The notes under the pieces were generated by a model that saw only the letters and a list, made by a program, of their open reading frames with translations, had not been told where the DNA came from and did no database searches. From Polyangiaceae bacterium (GTDB lineage: Bacteria; Myxococcota_A; Polyangia; Polyangiales; Polyangiaceae), in contig JAPSGB010000005.1 of the NCBI GenBank assembly GCA_035063585.1, positions 1-64,000 on the forward strand: DNA of 64,000 nucleotides, read 5' to 3'. This document shows positions 49,163 to 63,200 of the stretch, one piece after another; position 1 is the first letter of the stretch; the number at the start of each line of letters is the position of its first letter. Position numbers and translations under genes: made by a program.

Positions 49163-49930
49163 TCAGGCCCTCCGGGTCGTGCGCTTCCCCGCCGATGGCG
49201 GCGAGGGAGCGGTTCTTCCGGCCGGCTTCCTCCCGTCCGGGCGCGCCGGCGGCGACTTCGCGCGCGGCGGGCGCGGGGCTTTCCGGCCGACGTTCTCTGC
49301 CTTGAAGGCGCTCGGGCACTCCGCGTTCACCGAGCAGGCCGCGCAGGCAGGCTTGCGCGCGGTGCAGATGCGCCGGCCGTGAAAGATGAGCACGTGCGCG
49401 AGCCGGTCCCAGGAGTCGCGCGGGAAGAGCTTCATGAGGTCTCGCTCGATGGGGACCGGCTCGGTCTCCCCGGTCCAGCCGAGACGCTGGCTCACGCGCT
49501 GCACGTGGGTGTCGACGACCACGCCCTCGGGTGCGTGAAAGACCACACCGAGCACCACGTTCGCGGTCTTTCGCCCCACGCCAGGGAGCTCGACGAGCGC
49601 GTCGAGGGACGCGGGCACCTCGCCGCCGTGGGCGGTGACGAGCTGCTGGGCGAGCCCGGTGATGTGCTTCGCCTTCTGGCGGAACATGCCGATGCTCGAG
49701 AGCGCGGACTCGACGTCCTCGAGCTTCGCGCGCGCGAGCTTCGCGGCCGTCGGCCACTTGCGAAAGAGCGCCGGCGTGAGCTTGTTTACAGCGACGTCGG
49801 TCGTCTGCGCGCTCAGCACGGTGGCGACCAGGAGCTCGAACGCGCCGCGATGCTCGAGCTCGCAGCGCGCGTCGGGGTGCTGTCTCGCGAGCTTCTCGAA
49901 AACCAGGAGCGGGGCCGCTTTCGACTTCAT
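49163..49930 (-). CDS. nth: Endonuclease III
   Basis: LSAQTTD, LPGVGRKTANVV, VDTHV, C-x6-C-x2-C-x5-C cluster; basic tail. Confidence 0.97.
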   Translation of the reverse strand: MKSKAAPLLVFEKLARQHPDARCELEHRGAFELLVATVLSAQTTDVAVNKLTPALFRKWPTAAKLARAKLEDVESALSSIGMFRQKAKHITGLAQQLVTAHGGEVPASLDALVELPGVGRKTANVVLGVVFHAPEGVVVDTHVQRVSQRLGWTGETEPVPIERDLMKLFPRDSWDRLAHVLIFHGRRICTARKPACAACSVNAECPSAFKAENVGRKAPRPPRAKSPPARPDGRKPAGRTAPSPPSAGKRTTRRA

Positions 49931-50044
49931 GGGGCGACTCGAACCATAGCCTGCCCATCCAACCGGGAGATAGCTGGCGGAGCCGGCGCGGCCGGCGGCG
50001 CGCTGCCGGCCGCCGCCCTCGACCGCGCCGCCGCGCCTCGCGGC

Positions 50045-52732
<2,688 letters not shown>

Positions 52733-52950
52733 GCGTCTCGAGGGTGAAGGGGCTCGCGGGCGCTGACGGGTCGCGCCCGGCGGTCTCTCGACCGGCACTC
52801 GGCCTACCCCGGGGCGAGGCGCGCGACAACTTGCCACGCCCCGGTCGGCGGGCGGGCACCGCCGAGCGGCGCAGCCTCACCCGAGCGGCCCCGTGACGCT
52901 CGCGCTGCTTCAGGGCGCCGGCACGGCACCCCCCCGCGGCGGCGCGGTCC

Positions 52951-53670
52951 TCAGAAGGCGACGCTCGAGTACGGGCAGCGGGCTCTCAGCGCGTCGCAGT
53001 CCGGCGCGGGCGGCATGCAGTCGATCGACTCGGGGCACGACGCGTCTTGTTCGCACCCGCATCCGCACGCGTTCGCGAACTGCGTCGTGTGCTCGGGGCA
53101 CGTGTAGACCGCGGCGGCGCACTTCGATGGGCTCGAGGCAATGTAGTCGCGCCACCACTCGCGCGCGGGATCACACGCGCAGGCCATGTCGGTGCAGCTC
53201 ACGCCCGAGGGCTGACAGGTGCACGTGTTGCAGCCGTCGCGCGCCGGGAAGCTCTCGCCCACCTCGTGCTCGACCCCGCCGTAGACGCACGAGGTGCACG
53301 GGGTGCTGGTGCACCTCGCCTGGCCGTTCGGCTGGCACTCGCACGAGTTGCAGGCGTCGGCCTGCCAGCGGTCGCCCACCTCGTAGTGGTTCCCTTGCCA
53401 GTCGCAGCCGTCGACGCATGCCATCGCGGTGCAGGAGACTTGACCTCCTGGGCCGCACGAGCAGCTGTTGCAGCCGTCGCTCGCGGGGAAGGAGGCGCCC
53501 ACCGGGTAGGTGGTGCCTGCATAGACGCAGCCGCTCCCGGGGGCGCCGCCCGAGCCGCCGCTGCCGCCGGTCGCGCCCGAGGGCCCGGCGCCGTCCACCG
53601 AGCCGCCGCAGCCAGCCGCCAGGAGGAGGGTGACGAGCATTCCGACCGACCATGACGCGCGTGTCTGCAT
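52951..53670 (-). CDS. Cys-rich lipoprotein with three pacifastin/VWC-like repeats
   Basis: Lipobox LAAG-C, Gly/Ser linker, three repeats C..G..Y/H.VG..F/W...D.CN.C.C.....CT...C; GAGGTG RBS. Confidence 0.82.
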   Translation of the reverse strand: MQTRASWSVGMLVTLLLAAGCGGSVDGAGPSGATGGSGGSGGAPGSGCVYAGTTYPVGASFPASDGCNSCSCGPGGQVSCTAMACVDGCDWQGNHYEVGDRWQADACNSCECQPNGQARCTSTPCTSCVYGGVEHEVGESFPARDGCNTCTCQPSGVSCTDMACACDPAREWWRDYIASSPSKCAAAVYTCPEHTTQFANACGCGCEQDASCPESIDCMPPAPDCDALRARCPYSSVAF

Positions 53671-53732
53671 TGGCTCACCTCGTGCCGCTAACTCAGCGAG
53701 AAAACCGACCATTCTGCCTATCGGGCGCGGCA

Positions 53733-53748
53733 TGAAAGTTTCGTGCCA
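53733..53748 (-). promoter_or_regulatory. Possible sigma54 promoter for the Cys-rich lipoprotein
   Basis: Minus strand TGGCACG-aaac-TTTCA: perfect -24, with TC in place of GC at -12. Confidence 0.4.
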
Positions 53749-53778
53749 CACCCCCGGCGGCGTGGCGCTGCTTCCTCG

Positions 53779-55254
53779 TCACATGAGCGCCGAGGCGAGG
53801 CGGCAGACGTTGTCGAGGTAGCGGCTCGTCCATGGGTGACGCGCCCACTCCTCGAGGGTGAGCAGACGGCTCGCCGCCCGGTAGGCGACGTCATTCGCCT
53901 GGAGGGAGGCGACCAGATCGCCGTCGAAGGCGAGCAGCGTGAGCTCATAGTCGAGCGCGAACGACCGATAGTCCAGGTTCGATGAGCCGATGACCCCGGC
54001 TGAGTCGTCGACGGTGAAGTACTTGGCATGCAGCACGGCCGGCGCCGGGTAGAGATAGATGTGGACGCCCGCCTGGAGGAGGGCGGTGTAGTACGAGCGT
54101 TGCGCGTGCCCGACGATGAACTGATCGGAGCGCTCGCTCACGAAGAGCTCGACGCGGACGCCGCGATAGGCTGCGCCGACCAGGGCGGTGAGCACCGACT
54201 CGTCCGGGACGAAGTAAGGGCTCGTGATCGTGAGGCGGCGGGTCGCCTGATGCATGAGCTGCACGCACAGGTTGCGGTTCGGCTCGGTCGGGTACGCCGG
54301 GCCCGACGGCACCACTTGCATGGCGTTCACGCACGCTCCGACCCGGACGTTCACCATCTCCTCCGCGCTCGGGAGCGAGACCTCGAGCGCCTCGCCGGTC
54401 TCTGCGAGCCAGTCGGTGGCGAACACCGCTTGGAGTTGCCCCACCACCGCGCCGCCGAGCTTCACGCTGAGGTCGCGCCAGCGCCGCCCGGTTCGCTGGT
54501 TGACGTCGCTGCCGTAGGCAGGGTCGATGAGGTTGTGCGAGCCCATGAACCCGAGCTCACCGTCGATGACCACGAGCTTGCGGTGATTTCGGAGGTCGGG
54601 CCGGCGCCACTGACCCCGGAGCGGTAGGAGTGGCATCATGAGGTGCCAGTCGATTCCAATGGCGGTGAGCCGCGAGCCGAGCTCCCTCCAACCCGGGTAT
54701 CTTCGTGAACCCAGGTGATCGAGGAGCAGGCGCACCGTGACCCCGCGCGCCCGCGCGCGCGCGAGCGCCTGGAAGACCGGCGCGGTCGTCGCGTCCCACG
54801 CCACGATGTAGAATTCGACGTGGACGTAGCGCTCCGCGCGCTCGACCGCCTCGGCAATCTCACGGAAGAACGCGGTCGCGTCGTCGTAGAGCCCGAGATG
54901 GTCGCCCGCCACGCAGGGCAGTCCGGTCAGACGGTGGTTCATGGTGAGCACGGTCTCGAGCGCCGGAGAGGGCTCGGCTCCGGGCGGCACCACGGGGAAG
55001 CCGGCGGTGTGAGCGGCGATGACCTGGTTGACGGTGTCTTGGATGACGCGCCGCCGGCCTCGGACGTATGGGCTACCGATGAGGTAATAGAGAGGGAAGC
55101 CGACCAAGGGGACGAGCAGGATGAGGAGCAGCCAGGCGTGCGACGAGCTTGGCCGGCGGCCCTCGGGCACGGTGCCGATGGCGATGAGCTTGAGCCCGTA
55201 CTCGAGCCCGAGGAGAAAGAGCGCCAGCGCCTCGTGCCAGGGCATCCGAGCCAT
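53779..55254 (-). CDS. cls: Cardiolipin synthase
   Basis: Two N-terminal TMs; two HKD motifs (NHRKLVVID, LHAKYFTVD); SPYFVP, GSSNLDYRS. Confidence 0.95.
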   Translation of the reverse strand: MARMPWHEALALFLLGLEYGLKLIAIGTVPEGRRPSSSHAWLLLILLVPLVGFPLYYLIGSPYVRGRRRVIQDTVNQVIAAHTAGFPVVPPGAEPSPALETVLTMNHRLTGLPCVAGDHLGLYDDATAFFREIAEAVERAERYVHVEFYIVAWDATTAPVFQALARARARGVTVRLLLDHLGSRRYPGWRELGSRLTAIGIDWHLMMPLLPLRGQWRRPDLRNHRKLVVIDGELGFMGSHNLIDPAYGSDVNQRTGRRWRDLSVKLGGAVVGQLQAVFATDWLAETGEALEVSLPSAEEMVNVRVGACVNAMQVVPSGPAYPTEPNRNLCVQLMHQATRRLTITSPYFVPDESVLTALVGAAYRGVRVELFVSERSDQFIVGHAQRSYYTALLQAGVHIYLYPAPAVLHAKYFTVDDSAGVIGSSNLDYRSFALDYELTLLAFDGDLVASLQANDVAYRAASRLLTLEEWARHPWTSRYLDNVCRLASALM

Positions 55255-55322
55255 CTTGGCAGGTTCCCGGGGGGCGGGCCGCCGGGCTTTCGCGCGACCA
55301 CCGAGCTTCGCGCAGCAGGGCC

Positions 55323-57176
55323 GTGTATCCTAGGCCGGTGCGGGTGCTTGCTTCGTGGTCTCGGGCGCTCTTCGGATCCCTGCCGCTCATCGCCGCCGCG
55401 TTCGCGCTCGCGGCGTGCTCGGACGACTCATCGTCATCGGAGGTCGAGCCGGCGCGCGACGCGTCTGCCGACGTCATGGACGCCAGTGAAGACGCGGACG
55501 CGAGCGCGGACGCTGGCGCGGACGCCGACGCGAGCGCGGATGGGCCGCCCGACGCCGTGAGCGAGGAGACCGGCGTCCCCGACGCGAGCGGCGACGCCGA
55601 CGCGAGCGGGGAGGCGGGAACCATCGCGCCGGTCTTCGACGTCCCGGGGACCCGCGTCGGCGAGGTGTTCTCGGGGACGTATTCTCCGTCGAGCGTCTGC
55701 GCCGGTTGTCACGGCGCAACGCTCGACGACGCCGCGAGCCCGCACGGAACCTGGAGCGGTAGCCTCATGGCGCACGCGGGGCGTGACCCGCTCTTTTTCG
55801 CGCAGCTCACCACCGCGAACCAGGACGTCCCTGGGGTCGGCTCCTACTGCTTGCGCTGTCACGTCCCCGCGGCGGTCGCGACCGGACACGTCCTCGACTC
55901 GACCGGCGGCTCACTCGACGAGCAGGATCGCGACGGGGTGACCTGCCACCTCTGCCATTCGATGGTCGATCCGCTCTATCAGGGGGGGGTGAGCCCGCCC
56001 AACGACGAGTCGATCCTCGCCGGCCTCGCCTCGCGACCATCGCATTACGGTAACGCGATGTTCGTGCTCGATCCGACGGGGCTTCGCCGCGGCCCTTACG
56101 CGGACGCGACTCCTCCGCACCCGGCCATCCAGTCGCCCTTCTACCGAACGGGTGAGCTCTGCGGCACCTGTCACGACGTAGGCAACCCGGCGGTCTTGAA
56201 GCAGCCGGACGGGACGTATCGCTACGCGGATCCCACGAAGCCTGCGTCCGGGGATCCGCTCGCGCAGTTCCCGCTCGAGCGGACCTACAGCGAGTGGAGG
56301 CTGTCGGCCTTCGCCCGAGGTGGGGTCGACATGGAAGGGCGCTTCGGTGGCCCGGGCGCGACGACCGTCTCGACCTGTCAGGACTGCCACATGCCGCGCA
56401 CCGCGGCGCTCGGCTGCATCTTCGGTCCGTCGCGCAGCGATCTCGCCAAGCACGAATTCGCTGGCGCGTCCGCTTGGGTGCTCGACATCATCGCGCTCGC
56501 GAACCCCGACGCCGACCAGGCAGCGCTCGCGCGCGGCCGCGCCAGCGCCGTCGACATGCTCTCGCGGGCAGCGACGCTCGAGGTGAGCGAGCTTGGCCCC
56601 AGCCTGCGCGTGCGGGTGATGAACCAGTCTGGGCACAAGCTGCCGAGCGGACACATCGAGGGGCGGCGCGTGTGGGTAAACGTGCGCTTCTTCGATGCGT
56701 CGAAGGTGCTCGTCGCCGAGCATGGTCATTGGGATTCTGGCACGGCCGAGCTCGATGAGGCCTCGACTACGGTGTTCGAGATGGTGATCGGGCTCAGCCC
56801 GGCGGCGGCAGCGAGCACCGGGCTCCCGGCGGGGCCGACCGCGCACATGTCGCTCGCTGACGTGATCGTGAAAGACAACCGGATCCCCCCGCGCGGCTTC
56901 GTCGCGAGCGACTTCGCGGCGGCGGGTGCGCCCGTGGTCGGCGCGCCGTACGCCGATGGCGAGCACTGGGCCGACGTCGATTTCCCGCGCCCGGTGGGCG
57001 CCACGAGCGCGACCGTGACGCTCTACTATCAGACGGTCACGCGCGAGTACATCGAGGCGCTCCGCGACGGCAACCACACCGACGGGCGCGGGCAGGCGCT
57101 CCATGACCTCTGGGAGCAGACGGGCAAGGGCCCGCCCATCGCGATCACGACCGAGGACGTCACGCTCACGCCTTGA
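55323..57176 (+). CDS. Pentahaem c-type cytochrome lipoprotein
   Basis: Lipobox LAA-C, acidic DA(S/G) linker; CAGCH, CLRCH, CHLCH, CGTCH, CQDCH; GHKLPSG; start uncertain. Confidence 0.9.
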   Translation: MYPRPVRVLASWSRALFGSLPLIAAAFALAACSDDSSSSEVEPARDASADVMDASEDADASADAGADADASADGPPDAVSEETGVPDASGDADASGEAGTIAPVFDVPGTRVGEVFSGTYSPSSVCAGCHGATLDDAASPHGTWSGSLMAHAGRDPLFFAQLTTANQDVPGVGSYCLRCHVPAAVATGHVLDSTGGSLDEQDRDGVTCHLCHSMVDPLYQGGVSPPNDESILAGLASRPSHYGNAMFVLDPTGLRRGPYADATPPHPAIQSPFYRTGELCGTCHDVGNPAVLKQPDGTYRYADPTKPASGDPLAQFPLERTYSEWRLSAFARGGVDMEGRFGGPGATTVSTCQDCHMPRTAALGCIFGPSRSDLAKHEFAGASAWVLDIIALANPDADQAALARGRASAVDMLSRAATLEVSELGPSLRVRVMNQSGHKLPSGHIEGRRVWVNVRFFDASKVLVAEHGHWDSGTAELDEASTTVFEMVIGLSPAAAASTGLPAGPTAHMSLADVIVKDNRIPPRGFVASDFAAAGAPVVGAPYADGEHWADVDFPRPVGATSATVTLYYQTVTREYIEALRDGNHTDGRGQALHDLWEQTGKGPPIAITTEDVTLTP

Positions 57177-57231
57177 GCGCCGGCCGCGCGCGCGAGTCCG
57201 CGCCGCCGGCCGCGCCGGCCCGGCACGCTCG

Positions 57232-60200
57232 TCACTCGATCACGACCCGATCGCCCGAGCCGCGGCCGAAGGTCTCGGGATCGTACATCTCTTCGGCCTT
57301 GGGCGGCGGCGCCACGAAGGTGCCCGGCGTGGTGGCGCGGGCCACGTACGTGTAGCTGTAGACGCCGCCCCAGAGCAGTGAGGCGAACGCCTCCACGCGC
57401 TCGTCGCGGAGGTTCTGGTGCTCGTACCACGCGCTCGTCCACCACCACGGCGCGCCGCTCTGGGCCTGCTGCGGATCGCGCGGGATCTCGCCCGTCATCG
57501 CCAGAGCGGAGTTTTGCGCCTCGAACCCGGCGGGGAGCGGATCGACCAGCGCGACGTGGTAACGCCGCGCTGGCGCGACCAGCTCGAGCCGCACGCGGAC
57601 CAGCGCGCCGAGCTTCACGTGCCACACGCCGTCGCGATCACGTCGGACGTCCGACGATGACTCCGCTCCCTCGTAGACACGGCTCAGTGAGAAGCCGGCC
57701 TCGAAGGGCGGTGGGCGCAGATCCTTCGGCACGTAGCTCATGCCGACCCGGTAGTAGAGGCGCCCGGGTCCGTCCTTCGCGATGGTGACACTCGGCGACC
57801 CGGGGAGCTCCGCGAGCGCGGAGAGCGGGACTTCGACCGCCTGGCGATCGGTCGTGCGCCCCTTGAACGCGTGCTCGGCGGCGAAGCGATCGCCGAGCCA
57901 CGCGCGCGCGATGAAGTCCGGCGTGATCTTCTCGTAAGTGCTGAAGTATCGGTCGAGGGCGAGGAGGATGAAGACGTTCTCCTGAGTCGATAGCCAGCGC
58001 CCGCGCTTTCGCGCGGCGAGCAAGCCCTGGGCGACCTTCGGGATGAGATCGCTCGAGGGGCGGTCGCGGATGAACGCCTCGAGTAGGATCCCGTCGGTGC
58101 GGCGGCTCGACTCGAGCGTGACGTGTGCCTCGTCGGATACGCCGGTGACGAAGTGAGCCTTACCTGCCGTCTCGGTGACGCGGTTGTCGAGGTAGCGACG
58201 GATGTCTGCGAGCTCGGGCGCGGCGGCCGGATCCTTGGCGATCAGCGGCAAGATGAAGCCGAGCGCGTCGAGCGAGAGGTCGTCCAGGCTCTTGACCTCA
58301 CGGGCCAAGAGGGTGGCCTCGCGGCTCACGTCTTCACCGTTGAGATCGCGGACGAGGAGCGCGTAGGCGCGCGTGGTGCGCCGCTCTCGCGGCGGGTAGT
58401 AGGGGGGGAACCGGCTTTGGATGGTGCGGAGGTACGTGAGCGAGCTCGACAGCAACGAGCGGTCGATGGGGAAGCCCTTGAGGCGCGCCCTCACCAGGGC
58501 GTGCGCGACGTGCACGCTCACGAAGGGATCCGGCGTCATGTCGCGACGCCAGTAGGACCAGCCGTCGCTGTAGTGCTGGCGCTCGGCGAGCTTCTTCTGG
58601 TCCGCGGCGACGGTGGCGAGGAGCGCATCCTTCGAGGGGAGCCCCGGCGCTCCGAAGGCGCCGAGTACGTCTTTCAGAGCGGCGATGGCGAGCATTCGTG
58701 AGGCGAGTTGCTCGTTGCAGTCGAACGGGTAGCGCGCGAGGTAGAGCACCGCGTCGGTCAGGCCGGCGAGCGCGGTCGACGAGGTCGTGATGGAGAGCCC
58801 GCCCACCTCGGTGAACACTCCGCTCGGCATCTTGACGGGCTGCGCGACCGCGCCCTGATCGAGCTGCCCGTAGGTCGCGAAGGCCTCGGTGGTGGCCGGG
58901 GTCCAGGTGGGCAGCTCGAACTCCGCGGCGTCGTTGCCGGTGGGGCTGAGGGCGCCCACCTGGAAGCGCGCGGTGCCGGGCTCTCCGGCCGCCGCCGGGA
59001 ACCGCACCTCGACGCGATCGTTCGCCGGCACCTGGACGCGCACTGCGGCCGCGCCGGTCACGGCGGCGTTGTCGGCGCGCAGCGCGACCTCGGCGGTGAG
59101 CGGCGAGGCGGTCTGGTTCTGCAGCACGACCGGCAGCTCGAAATGGTCACCGAAGTTGAGAAACCGCGGCGCACTCGGACGAACCATGAGCGGAAGGCGC
59201 GCGGTGACGTCGCTCTCGTTCTTGCCAAAGAGCTTGTCCCCGGAGCTCGCGACCGCGAGGAGGCGATAACGGGTGAGGTTGTCGGGGAGCTTCACGGTCG
59301 CGGTCGCGCGCCCGCGCGCGTCGGTGGTGAGACGGGGGACGAAGGCCGCGAGTGGGTTGAAGTCGGAGCGCACGACGAGCGGCTTGGCGCTCTCGCCAGC
59401 AGGGCTCCCTTCGCGCTTCCTCGCGTCAGAGGGGCTGCTCATCGGCGGCGGGGCTGCCCGGCCCGCTGCCGAGGCAGCGGCTGGCGCCGCCGCCATCATC
59501 CTCGGCTTGGCCGTCGCCTTCGCGACGCCGCCATTCGCGCCGAACCCCGCGTCATACGCCATGCGTTCCCGCGGCTCGAGCTGAAAGCGCGCGGTGTCCG
59601 GGCGTAAGAGCGCGAGCATGAGGCGCGACTCGAAATCGCTGACGTCGCTCCCGCGTCGCGGATAGAGCGCCGCGATCGGGTCGGGGAACTCGTAGCCCGC
59701 CAGCGCGAGGATGGACTCGTCGACCGCGACGAGCGCGACGGCAGCCCCGGAGACGGGTCGCCCCGCCGCGTCCTTGACCAGCACGCCGATGCGCGTCGAG
59801 CCGCCCGGCGAGAGACGCTTCGGCGTCGGCGCCACCTCGACGGCGAGAGTACGGTCGGTGGGCGGCACCGAGAGCGTGACGCTGCCCGATGCCGCGGCGG
59901 GCTCGAGCGGCAAGCTCGGATCCGGGTTCCCGTTCTCGCCCAGGCGCACGCGCGCTCCGACCAGGTCGACGCGCGCTTCGACATCAGGGATCCAGGCCGG
60001 GTCGAGCGCGGTCTTCAGCGTATCGGTCTTCTTCTCCAGGCGGAAACGCTGGAGCTTCACCACCCCGCCGCGCCGGAGCGTGAGCACCCCTTCGGCGGGC
60101 GCGAAGGGCGCGGCGACCAGCAATTCGGCCGTCTCGCCGCCGGCGTAGCTCTTCTTGTCGGGCACGAGCTCGACTCGCGCTCGCGAGACGGCGGGATTTT

Positions 60201-63200
60201 CCGGCGGATCGGCGCCGAGCACCCACAGCTCGCTCTCGGTCTGGCTCGCGCGGCCGTGCACGTCCTTCACTATGGCGGTGAGGCGGTGGAGGCCGCCGCC
60301 GTGAGTCGGTAGGCTGCAGCGGAGCGCGTCGCTCGCGCTCTCGACTTCGCAACGCTCCGGATCGACCTGGCGCTCGAGCCGCTTGCGCCCTCGGTAGGTG
60401 ACCTCGACGCGCGCCATCTCGACCGACACCGGACGCCCCGCGACGGCGTTGCCGTCGAGATCCGTCACGATGACGTCGAGCTGCGCGTTCTGCCCCGCGT
60501 GAAGGAGCTGGCGCTCGGCGCGGAGCCCGACCGTCACGCTGGCCGGGTGGACGAGCAGGTTCGCGCGCGCCGCCCAGGTCTGTCGGTTCACATCGGCGAC
60601 CTCGGCGGTGAGCGCGAGCGCGCGCGGATAGGCCGGCTCGAGCGCGTCGAAATCGATGCGGAGGCGATGCCGGCCCTCGCCGTCGGTGGTCGAGGTCCAG
60701 GTCGCGCGGCCGCGCCGGGCCTCTTCGTCGCTCTCCGGGCCCCACCACCAGCGGAACGGCTTGCCGAAGTGGTAGCCGTCGCGGTTCGGCGGCGTGAAGC
60801 GTGCGTCCTCGGCCGTCACGTGCCAGGTGGTACTTGCCCCGCCGAGCCCGCCGCCGGCGAAGTAGGTGGCCGCGACGGTCGCGAGCGCGTGTCCGCCGAC
60901 GAGGTGCGGCCCATCGCTCACCTGCGCGGTGACCTCGAACTCCGGGCGCCGGAACTCCTGGATCTCGAAGTCGTGGGTGCTCCGGCTGCCGCCTGGACCC
61001 TCGAGCAGGATGGTCGCGCCGCCGAGGTTCGCGCCGGCTGGCAAGGCGAGCGAGAAGTCGAAGCCGTCAGCGTCGTCGAGGGCGGCCTCGCCGTGGGCGA
61101 GGTCGGCGCCACGCGGGTCCCGCGCCGACCAGGTCACCGGGCCGCGCGGCGAGACGCGCGCGAGATCGCCGTCCTTCCCACCGGTGAGGCGGCGGAGCCA
61201 GCCCTTGACGTGCACCGTCTCGCCCGGCTTGTAGAGGTGGCGATCATCGAAGACGAACCAGCGTGTCTCTTCGCGCGCCGGCCGCGCTTCGAAGGTGCCG
61301 ACTCCCTTCTGGCCCGGGACGAACACGCGGTCGTCACCTCGCGTCGCGACGAGCAGATCCCCGGCGCTCCCGAGCGTGAGCCGCGCGATGCCGTCGGTTC
61401 CCGTCGTGCCCGAGGCTGCGCTCGGTATCGAGACACGTGCTCCGCTCACGGGAGCGCCGGTGGTGAGCTCGGTGACCCACGCGCTCACGTTGGTCCCGTC
61501 CTTGAACGTAGTGAGGCCGAGGCGAGTCACCTGTACCCACGCGCGCACCCACTGCCGGGCGCGATGGTCCCAGCGATTTCTCGGCTTGGGCTGGGTGGGC
61601 GGCTCGATGAGCGCGATCACCTGGCCAGAGCCGCCTCTTAGCGCGGGCGCGAGTGAGATCTGGGTTCGCGTCAGCGCGTCGCGCTCGCCCTTCGCCGGCA
61701 CGCGAGTGTCCGAGACGAGCCGCCCCGGAGGGGTGGTGACCCGGCCGTCCCAGTCGTAGGCCTGCCGGAACTTGACGTAGGCGTCGTAGTCGCTCGGCTC
61801 GACGCTGTAGAGCCGCACCCGGAGCGTCGGTTGGTTGACGCTATAGGCGTCGAGCATCCCGCCGGCCAAGGGATCGAGGACGACCACGTCTCGCTGCTCG
61901 GGGAAGAGCATCGGCTCGGCCTCGGAGACCGTGATCGCGGCTTTCGCGGGGGTGACGAGCGACTGCCCGAATTCGTCGCGGAGCTCCGGCGAGAGCGAGA
62001 TGGTGTAGCGCGTCCTGCCCTTGCTCTCGCCGCGGACGGAGAGATACCTCCCTCCGACGTCGATCTTCAGCCCAGCAAGCGGCGGCTCCACCGTCACCAT
62101 CCTCGGGTCGAAGGCGTCGGCGTCGACCGCGTTCGAGAGCTCGACCGTCCACGGCATGAGCGGCGGGCAGGAGCCGGACCAGCCGCAACGCGCGTGTTCG
62201 AGCTGGAATGGGCCGTGGACCGTGAACGTCTCCTGCTGCGGCTGCTCGGTCGGCAGGGGGCCCTCGGCGCTCGTCGCGCCCTTCTTGAGCACGAGCGCGA
62301 CCGAGGCGCCCACGGGCAGATCGCTGGTGGGCACGAGCGCAATCCAGCGATGCGGCTCGGCCTGAGCGGAGAGGTCGCGGATCTCGGGGCTCTTCGAGAG
62401 CTCCTCTTCGGTGGCGCGACGAAATGGCGTGCTGACGCCGCTCTCGAGCGCGAGGTGCGCGAGCAGCGTGTCCTCGTCGATGCGCTGGTTGAACGACGCG
62501 AAGATCACCGGCCGCACGTCGGTACGGTCGCTGTGGCGGTTCGGAAAGACCTGGTTGAAGGCCAGCGTCGGGGTCGTGAAGGACCAGCGCGCGGCGCTCG
62601 CGAGCGCGTGCCCGGAGGCGGCGCGGATCCCGTCAGGAACCTCCACCGCATAGCGGCCGGAGGCCGGGAAACGCTCGCCGGCGGGCTCGAAGAGCAGCGT
62701 CTGGGTGCCGACCCAGCGCCATTTCCCTGGCGGCTCGGGCGAGAGTCGGACCGGGCTCTCGCCCTTGGCGAGCTCGCCGAAGCTGGTCACCGGCACCATC
62801 GGCTCGGAGAAGGTGATCGAGAGGTTGGGTGCCACCGCGACGTCGCCATCCGGGGCGTGGCGCACCACCGAGAGCGCGCCGCCGCCGGTCGCCGCCGGCG
62901 GCGGCCCCGCGGCCGCAGGCGGCGGGAAAGCGGTCTTGACCGTCTCGCCCGGCCGCGGAGGCGGGAGTGAGCCGGGGCGGAGCGCCACCGTGGTCTTCGC
63001 CGCGCGCTCCTTGAACGGCGGCAGCCGCGCCATGACTCGCGCGGTCTCCTTCGCGTCGAGGGGAGCTCCGCGCGCCAGACGCGAGCTCTCGACGCGCTCC
63101 CGCTCGGCGTTGCTCAGGCGGAAACCAAGCCCGGAGGCTGACGCTCGCCACGTGACCTTCTCGGTCGGAGCGGATCTCGCCGGGCTCGCCTTCGGAGGGG

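Noticed and set aside
57177..57231. Intrinsic terminator between convergent genes (likewise around 49980-50045)
   Set aside because: GC-rich inverted repeats exist but have no U-tract; indistinguishable from background at this GC level
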